Below, piece after piece: positions 9,726 to 18,687 of a stretch of DNA of 64,000 bases. Within the stretch, counting starts at the first letter, position 1, and every line of letters begins with the position of its first letter. The notes beneath the pieces were generated by a model. It did no database searches, was not told where the DNA came from, and saw only the letters and a list, made by a program, of their open reading frames with translations. This DNA comes from Casimicrobiaceae bacterium (GTDB lineage Bacteria > Pseudomonadota > Gammaproteobacteria > Burkholderiales > Casimicrobiaceae), in NCBI GenBank assembly GCA_035605875.1, contig DATNGN010000020.1, positions 836 through 64,835 of the forward strand. The letters are read 5' to 3'. The position numbers and the translations under genes are program-made.

Positions 9726-10849
9726 GGCAGCAAGGCGGCGCGGCCATGCCGCGCGGCGGTGTCGCGAACGATCGTGTCGAGTTGTCGCGCGGCCGACGAC
9801 AGATCGTGGTGCATGCGAACATAGCGAAACGCCTCCGCCGCCAGCCGCTCGCGCAGCGCCTTGTCGACAACGAGGCGCCGTACCGCGTGCGCGAACGCGT
9901 CGGCGTCGCGCGGCGGCGCGAGCAGGCCCGTGCGATTGACGGCGACGACGCTCGCGACGCCCGGCGTATCGGCGCCGACGACCGGCAGGCCGCACGCCTG
10001 CGCCTCGATGAACGCGATGCCGATCGCTTCGTCGACGGCCGGCCACACGAAGAGGTCACTGTCGCAAAGGCGCGTCGCGATGTCGTTCGGCGGCAGGACA
10101 CCGGCGTACGTGACGCGCTGCGCGATCGGCGCGAACGCCGCCTCGACCTCGGGGCGTGCAGGACCGTCGCCGACGATCGTCAGCGTGAACGCGACGTCCG
10201 CGATACGGGCCAGTGCGGCTGCGAGAAGACGATACGACGCGAGCTTCGCACCGTCGCGCATCATCGCGACGGTCACGAGACGCGGCGGCGCATCCGCGGA
10301 TCGGCGCGGCCGCGCATCGGCACCGGCGAAGCGGGCCACGTCGATGAATGGCGCGAGCATTGCGAACGGTGCCCCGTCGCCGCGTGCGTTACGTACTTGT
10401 GCCACGTCGGCAGGATTGACGAACACGACGTTGTCGGCGGCGCGAATCGCCGCGTACGAAGCCGTGTAGCCGACCGCCCACGGGCCGTCGCGTTGCCGCG
10501 GCGCAATCGACGCTTCCGCGACGATGTACGGGATGCGCAACGCGCGACGCACCGCCGGCCCGACATGGTCGGGCGCCTTGTGGTGCAGGTGATAGGTGAA
10601 CCACAGGTCCGGCGACTTGCCGCGGCGAAAGCGTGCGACGAGTCGTCGTGCAGCGCGTTCGCCGATGTGCGCGAGGCGTGCCTGCCGGCACGCATCGCCG
10701 TGCGCGTCGAAGCTCCGCAAGCGCGACGCAAGCGTCACGTCGTGGCCTGCAAGCGTGAGCGCGTCGAGCAATGCGCGTGCGATCGCGCGATCGCCTGACG
10801 GCACCGGATGGTCGGGGGCTTTGAGCGGCGCGTAGAACGCGATCTTCAC
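9719..10849 (-). CDS. Glycosyltransferase family 4
   Basis: KIAFYAPLKAPDHPVPSGDR N-terminus; EAIGIAFIEAQACGLPVV (E-x7-E) motif. Confidence 0.92.
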   Translation of the reverse strand: MKIAFYAPLKAPDHPVPSGDRAIARALLDALTLAGHDVTLASRLRSFDAHGDACRQARLAHIGERAARRLVARFRRGKSPDLWFTYHLHHKAPDHVGPAVRRALRIPYIVAEASIAPRQRDGPWAVGYTASYAAIRAADNVVFVNPADVAQVRNARGDGAPFAMLAPFIDVARFAGADARPRRSADAPPRLVTVAMMRDGAKLASYRLLAAALARIADVAFTLTIVGDGPARPEVEAAFAPIAQRVTYAGVLPPNDIATRLCDSDLFVWPAVDEAIGIAFIEAQACGLPVVGADTPGVASVVAVNRTGLLAPPRDADAFAHAVRRLVVDKALRERLAAEAFRYVRMHHDLSSAARQLDTIVRDTAARHGRAALLPC

Positions 10850-12111
10850 GATCGCGCAAGACACGACGCGAAGCGCTGCGCGAGGCGATCGGCGCCGCCG
10901 TCGAGCGAGAACAGCGTGGTCGTGCGTTCGAAGCCGGCATCGCCGAGCGTCTGCCGCAGCTTCGGATCGCCGATCAATCGCGACAGCGCCGCCGCGAGGT
11001 CGTCGGGTGCGCGCGGCGGCACGAGGAGGCCCGTCACGCCGTCGACGATCAGCTCGGGTATTCCCGACACGCTCGTCGAGACGCACGCGACGCGCTGACT
11101 TTGTGCCTCGAGCAGCACGTTCGGCAGCCCGTCGCGGTCGCCGTCGTGCGCAATGCGCGACGGCAGCACGAAGACGTCGGCGGCGCGGTAGGCGCCGAGC
11201 ACGACCGCGTGCGCGTGCGCGCCGAGCCAGCGGATGCGCTCGGCGATGCCCAGCTCGCGTGACAACCGCTCGAGCATCGGCAGCCGCGGTCCGTCGCCGA
11301 CGTGCAGCAACTGCCAGTGCTGCTCGCGTGGCAGTCGCGCCAGCGCACGCAACAGGTCGTCGAAGCCTTTCTTGTCGACGGCACGTCCGACGGCGAGCAG
11401 CGTGACCGGCGAGCGCGGGTTGCGTCCGTCCGCCGATGAGCGCGTGTGGATCGGCGCCGGAAAGCGCGCGATGTCGATGCCGTGATAGACGAGGTCGACG
11501 CTTTCGGCCTGCGGCGCGAGCTCGCGCAGATGCGTCGCGTTGCACAACGTGCACGTCGCGACCCAGCGGCACTCGGCGAGCTTTTCGCGCTTCTCCCATT
11601 CGGGCGTTGTCCAGATGTCCTTCGCATGCGCGGAAACGCTCCAGCCCAGCCCGCGCAGCATCGCCGCGTAGCGGGCGACCGACGCCGGCGTATGCAGGAA
11701 GTGGGCGTGCAGGTGGACGACGTCGGACGGCAACTCGCAGGCGAGCACCAGCGCCTGGCCGAAACGGCGCGCGCGGCCGCGGGTCCGGTCGCGCAGGAGG
11801 TCCCTGCGCCATGCCGAGAACGCGTGGGCATAGCCCGGCAGGCGTCGCGCCCGACGCCAGGCGCGAAACACGCGCAGCGGGCCGTGATGCAGGTATTCGG
11901 GCAGGTACGTGACGCGAGCCTTGATCTGTGCGTGCAGCGGATGCGTCGCGCGGTCGGTCGGCCGGCGCAGCGAGAAGAGCGCGAGCGAGAACCCGCGGCG
12001 CTCGAGCGCGAGCAGTTCCTGCGCGACGAAGGTTTCGGAGAGGCGCGGATATCCCTTGAGGACGACTGCAATCGAGCCGCCGCCTGCGGGGCGCGCGATC
12101 GGCTCCGCCAT
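10846..12111 (-). CDS. Glycosyltransferase family 4 (WcaL-like)
   Basis: KGYPRLSETF, HLHAHF, VGRAVDKKG and DRDGLPNVLLEA. Confidence 0.92.
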   Translation of the reverse strand: MAEPIARPAGGGSIAVVLKGYPRLSETFVAQELLALERRGFSLALFSLRRPTDRATHPLHAQIKARVTYLPEYLHHGPLRVFRAWRRARRLPGYAHAFSAWRRDLLRDRTRGRARRFGQALVLACELPSDVVHLHAHFLHTPASVARYAAMLRGLGWSVSAHAKDIWTTPEWEKREKLAECRWVATCTLCNATHLRELAPQAESVDLVYHGIDIARFPAPIHTRSSADGRNPRSPVTLLAVGRAVDKKGFDDLLRALARLPREQHWQLLHVGDGPRLPMLERLSRELGIAERIRWLGAHAHAVVLGAYRAADVFVLPSRIAHDGDRDGLPNVLLEAQSQRVACVSTSVSGIPELIVDGVTGLLVPPRAPDDLAAALSRLIGDPKLRQTLGDAGFERTTTLFSLDGGADRLAQRFASCLARS

Positions 12112-12247
12112 CGGTTGTCCTGTCGTTTGCACGAGGCGAGGGCGGGTGCAGGTCCGAGGCACGAGATGCTACTATCATCGACGAACGATGCCCGTCCCGG
12201 CAAGGGTTTTCCGCGAAGGCGCACGGGACGCCTCGGCTCGCGAAGGC

Positions 12248-14881
12248 ATGGACCGTTCACTCTTCCGCTACATCCTCCGCCACACCTGGCACGACCAGCT
12301 CTTCCTGCTGGCGCTGACGTCGATCAGCTTTCCGCTGATCTACATCAACCTCGAATTGCCGAAGCGGATCGTCAACAACGCGATACAGGGCAAGAACATC
12401 CCGCAGACGTTCCTGGGCTTTCACGTCACCCAGGTCACGTACCTGATGGCGCTGTCGCTGCTGCTGCTGTCGTTGATCACCGTCAACGGCATTCTCAAGT
12501 ACTGGATCAACGTCTACTCCGGCGTCGTCGGCGAGCGGACGCTGCGGCGCATGCGCCACGACCTCTACCGGCTCGTGATGCGTTTTCCGCTGCCGCAGTT
12601 CAAGACGATGTCGGCGGGCGAGATCCTGCCGATGATCGTCGCCGAAACCGAGCCGGTCGGCGGCTTCATCGGCGACTCGTTCGTGCTGCCGATCTTCCAG
12701 GGCGGCCTGCTCGCGACCTACGTGCTGTTCATCTTCATGCAGGACCCGTGGCTCGGCCTCGCCGCGATCGCGCTGTGGCCGCCGCAGATGGTCCTGATCC
12801 CGCGGCTGCAGCGCAAGATCAACCTGCTGGCGAAGGAGCGCGTGCAGACGGCACGGCAGCTTTCGGACCGGATCGGCGAATCGATCGCCGGCTTCTCCGA
12901 GATCCGCGGCAACGACACGATCGAGCTCGAGCGCGCCGACATCAGCGATCGCCTCGGCAAGATCTATGGCATTCGCTTCGACATCTACCGGCGCAAGTTC
13001 TTCGTCAAGTTCCTGAACAACTTCCTCGCGCAGATCACGCCGTTCTTCTTCTACTCGGTCGGCGGCTATCTGGTGATCCGCGGCAGCCTGTCGCTCGGGG
13101 CCCTCGTCGCGGTGCTCGCCGCGTACAAGGACATCCTCGCGCCCTGGAAGGAGCTGCTGAACTGGTACGCGACGAAGGAGGACGTGCGGATCAAGCACGA
13201 GCAGATCGTGTCGCAGTTCCAGCCGCCCGGCCTCGTCGAACGCAAACTGCTCGAGGACGGCCCCGACGTGATTCCGCCGCTCGCCGGTGCGATTACCGCA
13301 TCGGGCCTTTCGTACAGCGAGAACGGCATCACCAATCGGATCGATCGGCTGTCGATCAAGGTCGACAGCGGCGAGCACGTCGCGCTCGTCGGCAACGGCA
13401 ACAGCGGCCGCGAGGACTTCGCGCAGCTTCTCGCGCGGCTCAACCTGCCCACCGGCGGGCGGCTCGAGGTGGCCGGCGTCAATTTCGGCGACGTGCATCA
13501 ATCGGTGCCGGGACGCCGCATCGCCTACGCGGCGCAGAACGCGCACATCTTCAGCGGCACGCTCGCACATAACCTGTACTACGGCTTGAAGCATCGGCCG
13601 GTGCAACCGCCGGCATACGACGCGGCCGGCGAGCGGCTTTCCGAGCGCCGCGTGCGCGATGCGCTCGCCTCCGGCAACAGCCCGCACGACATTCGCGCGA
13701 ACTGGATCGACTACGAATCGGCGGGCGTTGCCGACCCGGCGGAACTGTCGGCGGCGGCGGTGCGGATGCTGAAGCTCGTCGAGATGGAGCGCGAGGTGAT
13801 CGGCTTCGGATTCGCGAGCGTCACGAACCCGAAGCGCCATCCGGACCTCGCCGCCCGGGCTGTCGCGGCGCGCGCCCGGGTGCGCGAGCGCGTTGCGAAC
13901 GAGAAGCTCGAAGGTGCCGTCGAGTTCTTCGACCGCGATCTGTATTTCTCGAACATGACCATCGCGGAGAACATCCTGTTCGGTACGCCGCTTCGCGCCG
14001 ATTTCCAGCCCGCGGTGCTCGCCTGGAATCCGGGCGTCGTCGACCTTTTGCGCGACGCGGGCGTCCTCGACGACCTGTACGCCGCCGGTGCGAAGGTCGC
14101 GGCGCTGATGGTCGAGTTGTTCGCCGACGTGGCGCCCGACAGCAACCTGTTCGAGCAGTACAGCTTCATCAGTCCCGAGGACCTCCCCGAGTTCCGCGCG
14201 CTCGTCACGAACTTGAACCGCCGCGGCCTCGATGCGGTGTCGGAGCGCGACAAGCGGCGACTCCTCGCGCTCACGCTGAAGCTCGTCAAGGCGCGCCATC
14301 GCCTGGGCGTGATGGACGAGTCGACGCCCCAGCGCATCCTGAAGGCGCGCGCCGAGTTCCGCCGGCGCCACCAGAACGACAACGTGTGTGAATTCTTCGA
14401 GCCCGACCGTTACAGCGCCTCGCTGTCGGTGCAGGACAACATCCTGTTCGGCCGCGTCGCCTTCGAGCAGGCGAACGCGCAGGGTCGGATCAGCGCGCTG
14501 GTGCGCGAGATCGGATTCGACGAAGGCATCTGCGACGACGTCGTACGCATCGGCCTCGAGTTCGACGTCGGGAACGGAGGATCGCGCCTGTCCTATTCGG
14601 AACGCCAGCGCGTCGCGATTGCGCGCTCGCTGCTCAAGAATCCCGACATCCTCGTGTTCAACGAGCCGACGTCGGGCCTCGACCCGGGCCTGGAGCTGCG
14701 CGTGCTGCGCGCGGTGCTCGAATGGGCGAAGGGCCGCACCGTGCTGTGGTCGCTGTCGCGGCCGGAACTGGCGCGCGAGTTCGATCGCGTGCTCGTGTTC
14801 GCCGAGGGACAGCTGGTCGAGGAAGGTCGCTTCGACGAGCTGCATCGCGAAGGGAAGGCGCTCGCGCAGCTGGTCGCGTAG
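12248..14881 (+). CDS. ABC exporter-type TMD-NBD fusion with degenerate, expanded NBD
   Basis: N-terminal ABC membrane domain; Walker A GNGNSGRE, signature LSYSERQR, Walker B ILVFNEPTSGLD; insert of roughly 300 aa in the NBD. Confidence 0.88.
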   Translation: MDRSLFRYILRHTWHDQLFLLALTSISFPLIYINLELPKRIVNNAIQGKNIPQTFLGFHVTQVTYLMALSLLLLSLITVNGILKYWINVYSGVVGERTLRRMRHDLYRLVMRFPLPQFKTMSAGEILPMIVAETEPVGGFIGDSFVLPIFQGGLLATYVLFIFMQDPWLGLAAIALWPPQMVLIPRLQRKINLLAKERVQTARQLSDRIGESIAGFSEIRGNDTIELERADISDRLGKIYGIRFDIYRRKFFVKFLNNFLAQITPFFFYSVGGYLVIRGSLSLGALVAVLAAYKDILAPWKELLNWYATKEDVRIKHEQIVSQFQPPGLVERKLLEDGPDVIPPLAGAITASGLSYSENGITNRIDRLSIKVDSGEHVALVGNGNSGREDFAQLLARLNLPTGGRLEVAGVNFGDVHQSVPGRRIAYAAQNAHIFSGTLAHNLYYGLKHRPVQPPAYDAAGERLSERRVRDALASGNSPHDIRANWIDYESAGVADPAELSAAAVRMLKLVEMEREVIGFGFASVTNPKRHPDLAARAVAARARVRERVANEKLEGAVEFFDRDLYFSNMTIAENILFGTPLRADFQPAVLAWNPGVVDLLRDAGVLDDLYAAGAKVAALMVELFADVAPDSNLFEQYSFISPEDLPEFRALVTNLNRRGLDAVSERDKRRLLALTLKLVKARHRLGVMDESTPQRILKARAEFRRRHQNDNVCEFFEPDRYSASLSVQDNILFGRVAFEQANAQGRISALVREIGFDEGICDDVVRIGLEFDVGNGGSRLSYSERQRVAIARSLLKNPDILVFNEPTSGLDPGLELRVLRAVLEWAKGRTVLWSLSRPELAREFDRVLVFAEGQLVEEGRFDELHREGKALAQLVA

Positions 14882-15025
14882 GGGTATCGCGGCGTCCCCG
14901 CATTGCGGCCTTCACGCATTCCGGCGTACGATGCCGCGCCATCCGGCGAACGTCGGTCGTCGGCCTTCGCGCCGGAGGGCTCGTCCCGCGCTTCCACCGG
15001 GCGAACAATACGTCGGGAGAATCTG

Positions 15026-15766
15026 ATGTCCGTGCCATCCACGGTTTGCGAATGCTCGGTCGATCGCCGCCGCTTCCTCAATGCTTCCCTCGCGATCGGC
15101 ACCGCAGCCATCATCGGCAGCGCGGCCATCAGCGAGGTCGCATTCGCGGCGGCGATGACGAAGGCGCAACGCGACAAACTGACGCCGGACCAGATCCTGG
15201 CGCTGATGAAGAAGGGCAACAAGCGCTTCAGCATGGGCCGGCGGCAGGACCACAATTACCTGGCGCAGCAGCGCAAGAGCGCCAACGGCCAGTATCCGGT
15301 TGCGGTGTTGCTGAGCTGCATCGATTCGCGGGCGCCGGCCGAGACGATCATGGATCTCGGAATCGGCGACGTCTTCAACAGTCGTGTCGCCGGCAACGTC
15401 GCCAATGCCGACATTCTCGGCAGCATGGAATTCGCGTGCAAGGTCGCAGGCGCGAAAGTCGTGCTGGTGATGGGCCACACGTCGTGCGGCGCGATCAAGG
15501 GTGCGATCGACAACGTCGAGCTCGGCAACCTGACCGAGTTGCTGGCGAAGATCAAGCCGGCGGTGGCGGCCACGACGTATGCCGGCGAGCGGACGGCGAA
15601 GAACTACGCGTTCGTCGATGCGGTCGCGCGGAAGAACGTCGAGCTCACGACCGACGCGATTCGCAAAGGGAGCCCGGTGCTGAAGGACATGGAAGCGAGC
15701 GGCGCGATCAAGATCGCCGGCGCGATGTACAGCCTGCAGAGCGGCATGATCGACTTCTTCGCGTGA
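15026..15766 (+). CDS. Beta-class carbonic anhydrase with Tat signal
   Basis: DRRRFL twin-arginine signal; CIDSR and HTSCGA zinc ligands. Confidence 0.93.
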   Translation: MSVPSTVCECSVDRRRFLNASLAIGTAAIIGSAAISEVAFAAAMTKAQRDKLTPDQILALMKKGNKRFSMGRRQDHNYLAQQRKSANGQYPVAVLLSCIDSRAPAETIMDLGIGDVFNSRVAGNVANADILGSMEFACKVAGAKVVLVMGHTSCGAIKGAIDNVELGNLTELLAKIKPAVAATTYAGERTAKNYAFVDAVARKNVELTTDAIRKGSPVLKDMEASGAIKIAGAMYSLQSGMIDFFA

Positions 15767-15850
15767 TCGCCGGTTGACCGGTGCGGGAACAACTTTCGGG
15801 TGGAACAGCGGGGGAGGGTGGCGTTACGCGCACGCCGCACTTCTCCGCTT

Positions 15851-16477
15851 CTACAACGGGCGTTTCGTCAGCGCATCGTCGAGAAAGCGCAGCGTCGCAT
15901 CGCCGATCTCGCGCAGCACGTCCACGTCGGTTCTTCCCGACGACGTGCGCACGTGGAAGCCGTGATCGGCCTCGTCGAGCCAGTGCATCCGAAAGCTGTG
16001 CGGAAGCCGTTCGACGACGGCCTGCATCAAATCGCGGCGGCAAAGCGTGTCGCGGGTGCCGTTCAGGCATAGGGCCGGTACCTTGATCTTCGGCAGGTGC
16101 GCGTCGCGCAGCTTGTCCGGCTTGCCGGCGGGATGCAGCGGATAGGCGAGGAGCAGCAGGCCGTCGCAGGCGAAGCCGTCGGCGACGAGCATCGACGCCG
16201 CGCGCCCTCCCATCGAGCGCCCGCCGAGAATCAGGGGCCGCTCGGGATGCTCGGCACGCGTGCGCGCCGCGACTTCCGCAACCCGCGCCTGCAGAACCGG
16301 CATCGGATCGGGACGTCGGCTTCCTTTTTCCGTGTACGGAAAGTCGAAGCGGACGACGTCGAGGCCGAGGCCGTTGTAGAGCGACGCCAGCGCCTGCATG
16401 CCGCGGTCGTTCATGTGGCCGCCGGCGCCGTGCGCGAGCACGACGATCGGCCGTTCCTTGCCCGCAGGATTGTTCAC
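15851..16477 (-). CDS. Alpha/beta hydrolase (KANL3/Tex30-like)
   Basis: LAHGAG, GGRSMGGR nucleophile elbow, YPLHP, GTRD and ADH. Confidence 0.88.
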   Translation of the reverse strand: MNNPAGKERPIVVLAHGAGGHMNDRGMQALASLYNGLGLDVVRFDFPYTEKGSRRPDPMPVLQARVAEVAARTRAEHPERPLILGGRSMGGRAASMLVADGFACDGLLLLAYPLHPAGKPDKLRDAHLPKIKVPALCLNGTRDTLCRRDLMQAVVERLPHSFRMHWLDEADHGFHVRTSSGRTDVDVLREIGDATLRFLDDALTKRPL

Positions 16478-16496
16478 GCGCGGGCCGGTCAGGCGG

Positions 16497-17675
16497 TCAG
16501 CGATACGGATCCGCCGCGTCGCGCAATCCGTCGCCGAAGAAGTTGAAGGCGAGGATCACGACGATCACCGGCACGACGGGCAGCATCAGCCACGGGTAGA
16601 GCGCGACGACGTTGATGTTCTGCGCGTCGTTCAGCAGCACGCCCCAGCTCGTGATCGGCGGACGCAGGCCGATGCCGAGGAACGACAGCGCGGTTTCGCC
16701 GAGGATCATCCCCGGAATCGACAGCGTCGCCGACGCGATCAGGTGACTCATGAAGCCCGGCAGCAGATGGCGGCCGATGATGCGCGCGGGCTTCGCGCCC
16801 ATCAGCCGTGCGGCCGTCGTGTAATCCTCCTCGCGCAACGCGAGAAGCTTCGAGCGCACCGCGCGCGCGAGCCCGGTCCAGTCGAGCAGCGCGAGGATCG
16901 CCGTGATGCCGAAGTAGATCAGGATCGGGCTCCAGGTCACAGGCAGCACCGCGGAGAGCGCCATCCAGAGCGGCAACTCCGGAAACGAACGGATGATCTC
17001 GATCAGCCGCTGCACGGTCATGTCGACCCAACCGCCGTAATAGCCGGCGATGCCGCCGATCACGAGGCCGAGCGTGAACGACAGCGCGATGCCGATGAGG
17101 CCGATCGTCAGCGAAATGCGCGCGCCATAGAGAATCCGCGACAGCATGTCGCGGCCGAGACGGTCGGTGCCGAGCAGGAACAGCGTGCCGTTCTGCGCCG
17201 GGCACACGAAATGGAACGACATGTCGACGAGGCCCCAGAAGCGGTAGGGGTCACCGGCGCAGAAAAAGCGCAGCCGACGCGGCTCGCTGCGGTCGGGCGT
17301 GTAGATTCGCCGCAGGTTCGTCATGTCGAGCCGCTTCGTTTGCGCGTAGACGAACGGCCCGATGAAATGGCCGTCGTGAAACAGATGCACGCGCTGCGGC
17401 GACGCGTAGATGAAATCGGTATGCCGCGAATGAAGGTTGTACGGCGCAAGGAACTCGGTGACGACCGTGGAACCGTACATCAGAAGCAGGATGACGCCCG
17501 ACACCACGGCGACCCGGTGGCGCAGGAACTTCCACCACATGAGCTTCCACTGCGACGCGAGGTAGAAGCGTTCCTGCTCGGGCGTGAGCCGCATCGCGGA
17601 GCCCGGATCGAACGGCTCCGTCGAGACGAAGTGGTCACCTTCGCTCGCTTTGCGGGGCAACTCGAGGGTGCTCAC
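16497..17675 (-). CDS. Peptide/nickel-type ABC importer permease (DppC/OppC-like)
   Basis: LGTDRLGRDMLSR, EEDY..AARLMGA, ETALSFLG and GDGLRDAADP. Confidence 0.93.
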   Translation of the reverse strand: MSTLELPRKASEGDHFVSTEPFDPGSAMRLTPEQERFYLASQWKLMWWKFLRHRVAVVSGVILLLMYGSTVVTEFLAPYNLHSRHTDFIYASPQRVHLFHDGHFIGPFVYAQTKRLDMTNLRRIYTPDRSEPRRLRFFCAGDPYRFWGLVDMSFHFVCPAQNGTLFLLGTDRLGRDMLSRILYGARISLTIGLIGIALSFTLGLVIGGIAGYYGGWVDMTVQRLIEIIRSFPELPLWMALSAVLPVTWSPILIYFGITAILALLDWTGLARAVRSKLLALREEDYTTAARLMGAKPARIIGRHLLPGFMSHLIASATLSIPGMILGETALSFLGIGLRPPITSWGVLLNDAQNINVVALYPWLMLPVVPVIVVILAFNFFGDGLRDAADPYR

Positions 17676-17685
17676 GACGAAACCC

Positions 17686-18687
17686 TCATCTCGCGACGCC
17701 GCCCGACAGCCGTATCCGCGGGTCGAGCGCGACGAGCGCGAGATCCGAGATCAGCACGCCGATGACGATCAGCGCGGCGAGGAACATCAGGAACGTGCCC
17801 GCGAGGTACATGTCCTGGCTCTTGAGCGCATTGAGCAGCATCGGGCCCGTCGTCGGCAGCGACAGCACGATCGCCGTGATCTCGGCGCCCGAGATGATGT
17901 GCGGCAGCAGGCTGCCGATATCGGAAATGAAGAAGTTGAGCGCCATCCGCAGCGGGTACTTGCGCAGCACCTTGCGCGGCGGCAGCCCCTTCGCGCGCGC
18001 GGTCACGACGTACTGCTTCTGCAACTCGTCGAGCAGGTTCGCACGCAGCCGCCGGATCATTCCCGCGGTGCCGCTCGCGCCGATGACGATCACCGGGATC
18101 CAGCTGTGCTCGAGCACCGACTTGATCTTCGCCCACGTCCACGGCTGTCCGATGTATTGCGGGTCCATCAGGCCGCCGATCGTCGTGCCGAACAGCACGT
18201 TCGCGACGTACATCATCACGAGCGCGAGCATGAAATTGGGTATGGCGATGCCGAGGAAGCCCAATAGCGACAGTCCGTAATCGCCCCAGCTGTACTGATG
18301 CGTCGCCGAATAGATGCCGATTGGAAAGGCGATCGCCCAGGTGAACAGGATCGTCGCGAACGACACGATGATCGTCAGCAGCATCCGGTCGCCGATCACC
18401 TTCGTCACCGGCATGTTGAACTCGAACGAATAGCCGAAGTCGCCGTGCAGCATGCCGCCGACCCAGCGGACGTATTGCTCGGGCAGCGGCTTGTCGAGGC
18501 CGTAGTACTCGCGCAGGAACGCGACCTTCTGCTGGTCGACCGATTCGCCCTGCGCCTCGAGCTCGGCGATGTAGCTTTCGAGGTAGTTGCCGGGCGGAAG
18601 CTGGATGATCGTGAACACGATCAGGCTGATCGCGAACAGCGTCGGGATCATCATCAGGAGCCGCTTGCCGATGTACTGCAACATCAT
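17686..18687 (-). CDS. Peptide/nickel-type ABC importer permease (DppB/OppB-like)
   Basis: YGLDKPL..QY, GDFGYS, YVVTARAKGL and LDPRIR. Confidence 0.93.
   Translation of the reverse strand: MMLQYIGKRLLMMIPTLFAISLIVFTIIQLPPGNYLESYIAELEAQGESVDQQKVAFLREYYGLDKPLPEQYVRWVGGMLHGDFGYSFEFNMPVTKVIGDRMLLTIIVSFATILFTWAIAFPIGIYSATHQYSWGDYGLSLLGFLGIAIPNFMLALVMMYVANVLFGTTIGGLMDPQYIGQPWTWAKIKSVLEHSWIPVIVIGASGTAGMIRRLRANLLDELQKQYVVTARAKGLPPRKVLRKYPLRMALNFFISDIGSLLPHIISGAEITAIVLSLPTTGPMLLNALKSQDMYLAGTFLMFLAALIVIGVLISDLALVALDPRIRLSGGVAR

Noticed and set aside
5124-12178. Apparent long N-terminal extensions or fusions in the ORF track (5124-7058, 7901-9193, 9719-12178)
   Set aside because: Better starts lie downstream at RBS or stop/start overlaps; the extensions run over other genes
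15026-16477. Carbonic anhydrase and alpha/beta hydrolase as members of the glyco cluster
   Set aside because: Common stand-alone genes with no functional link visible; treated as probable passengers pending synteny analysis
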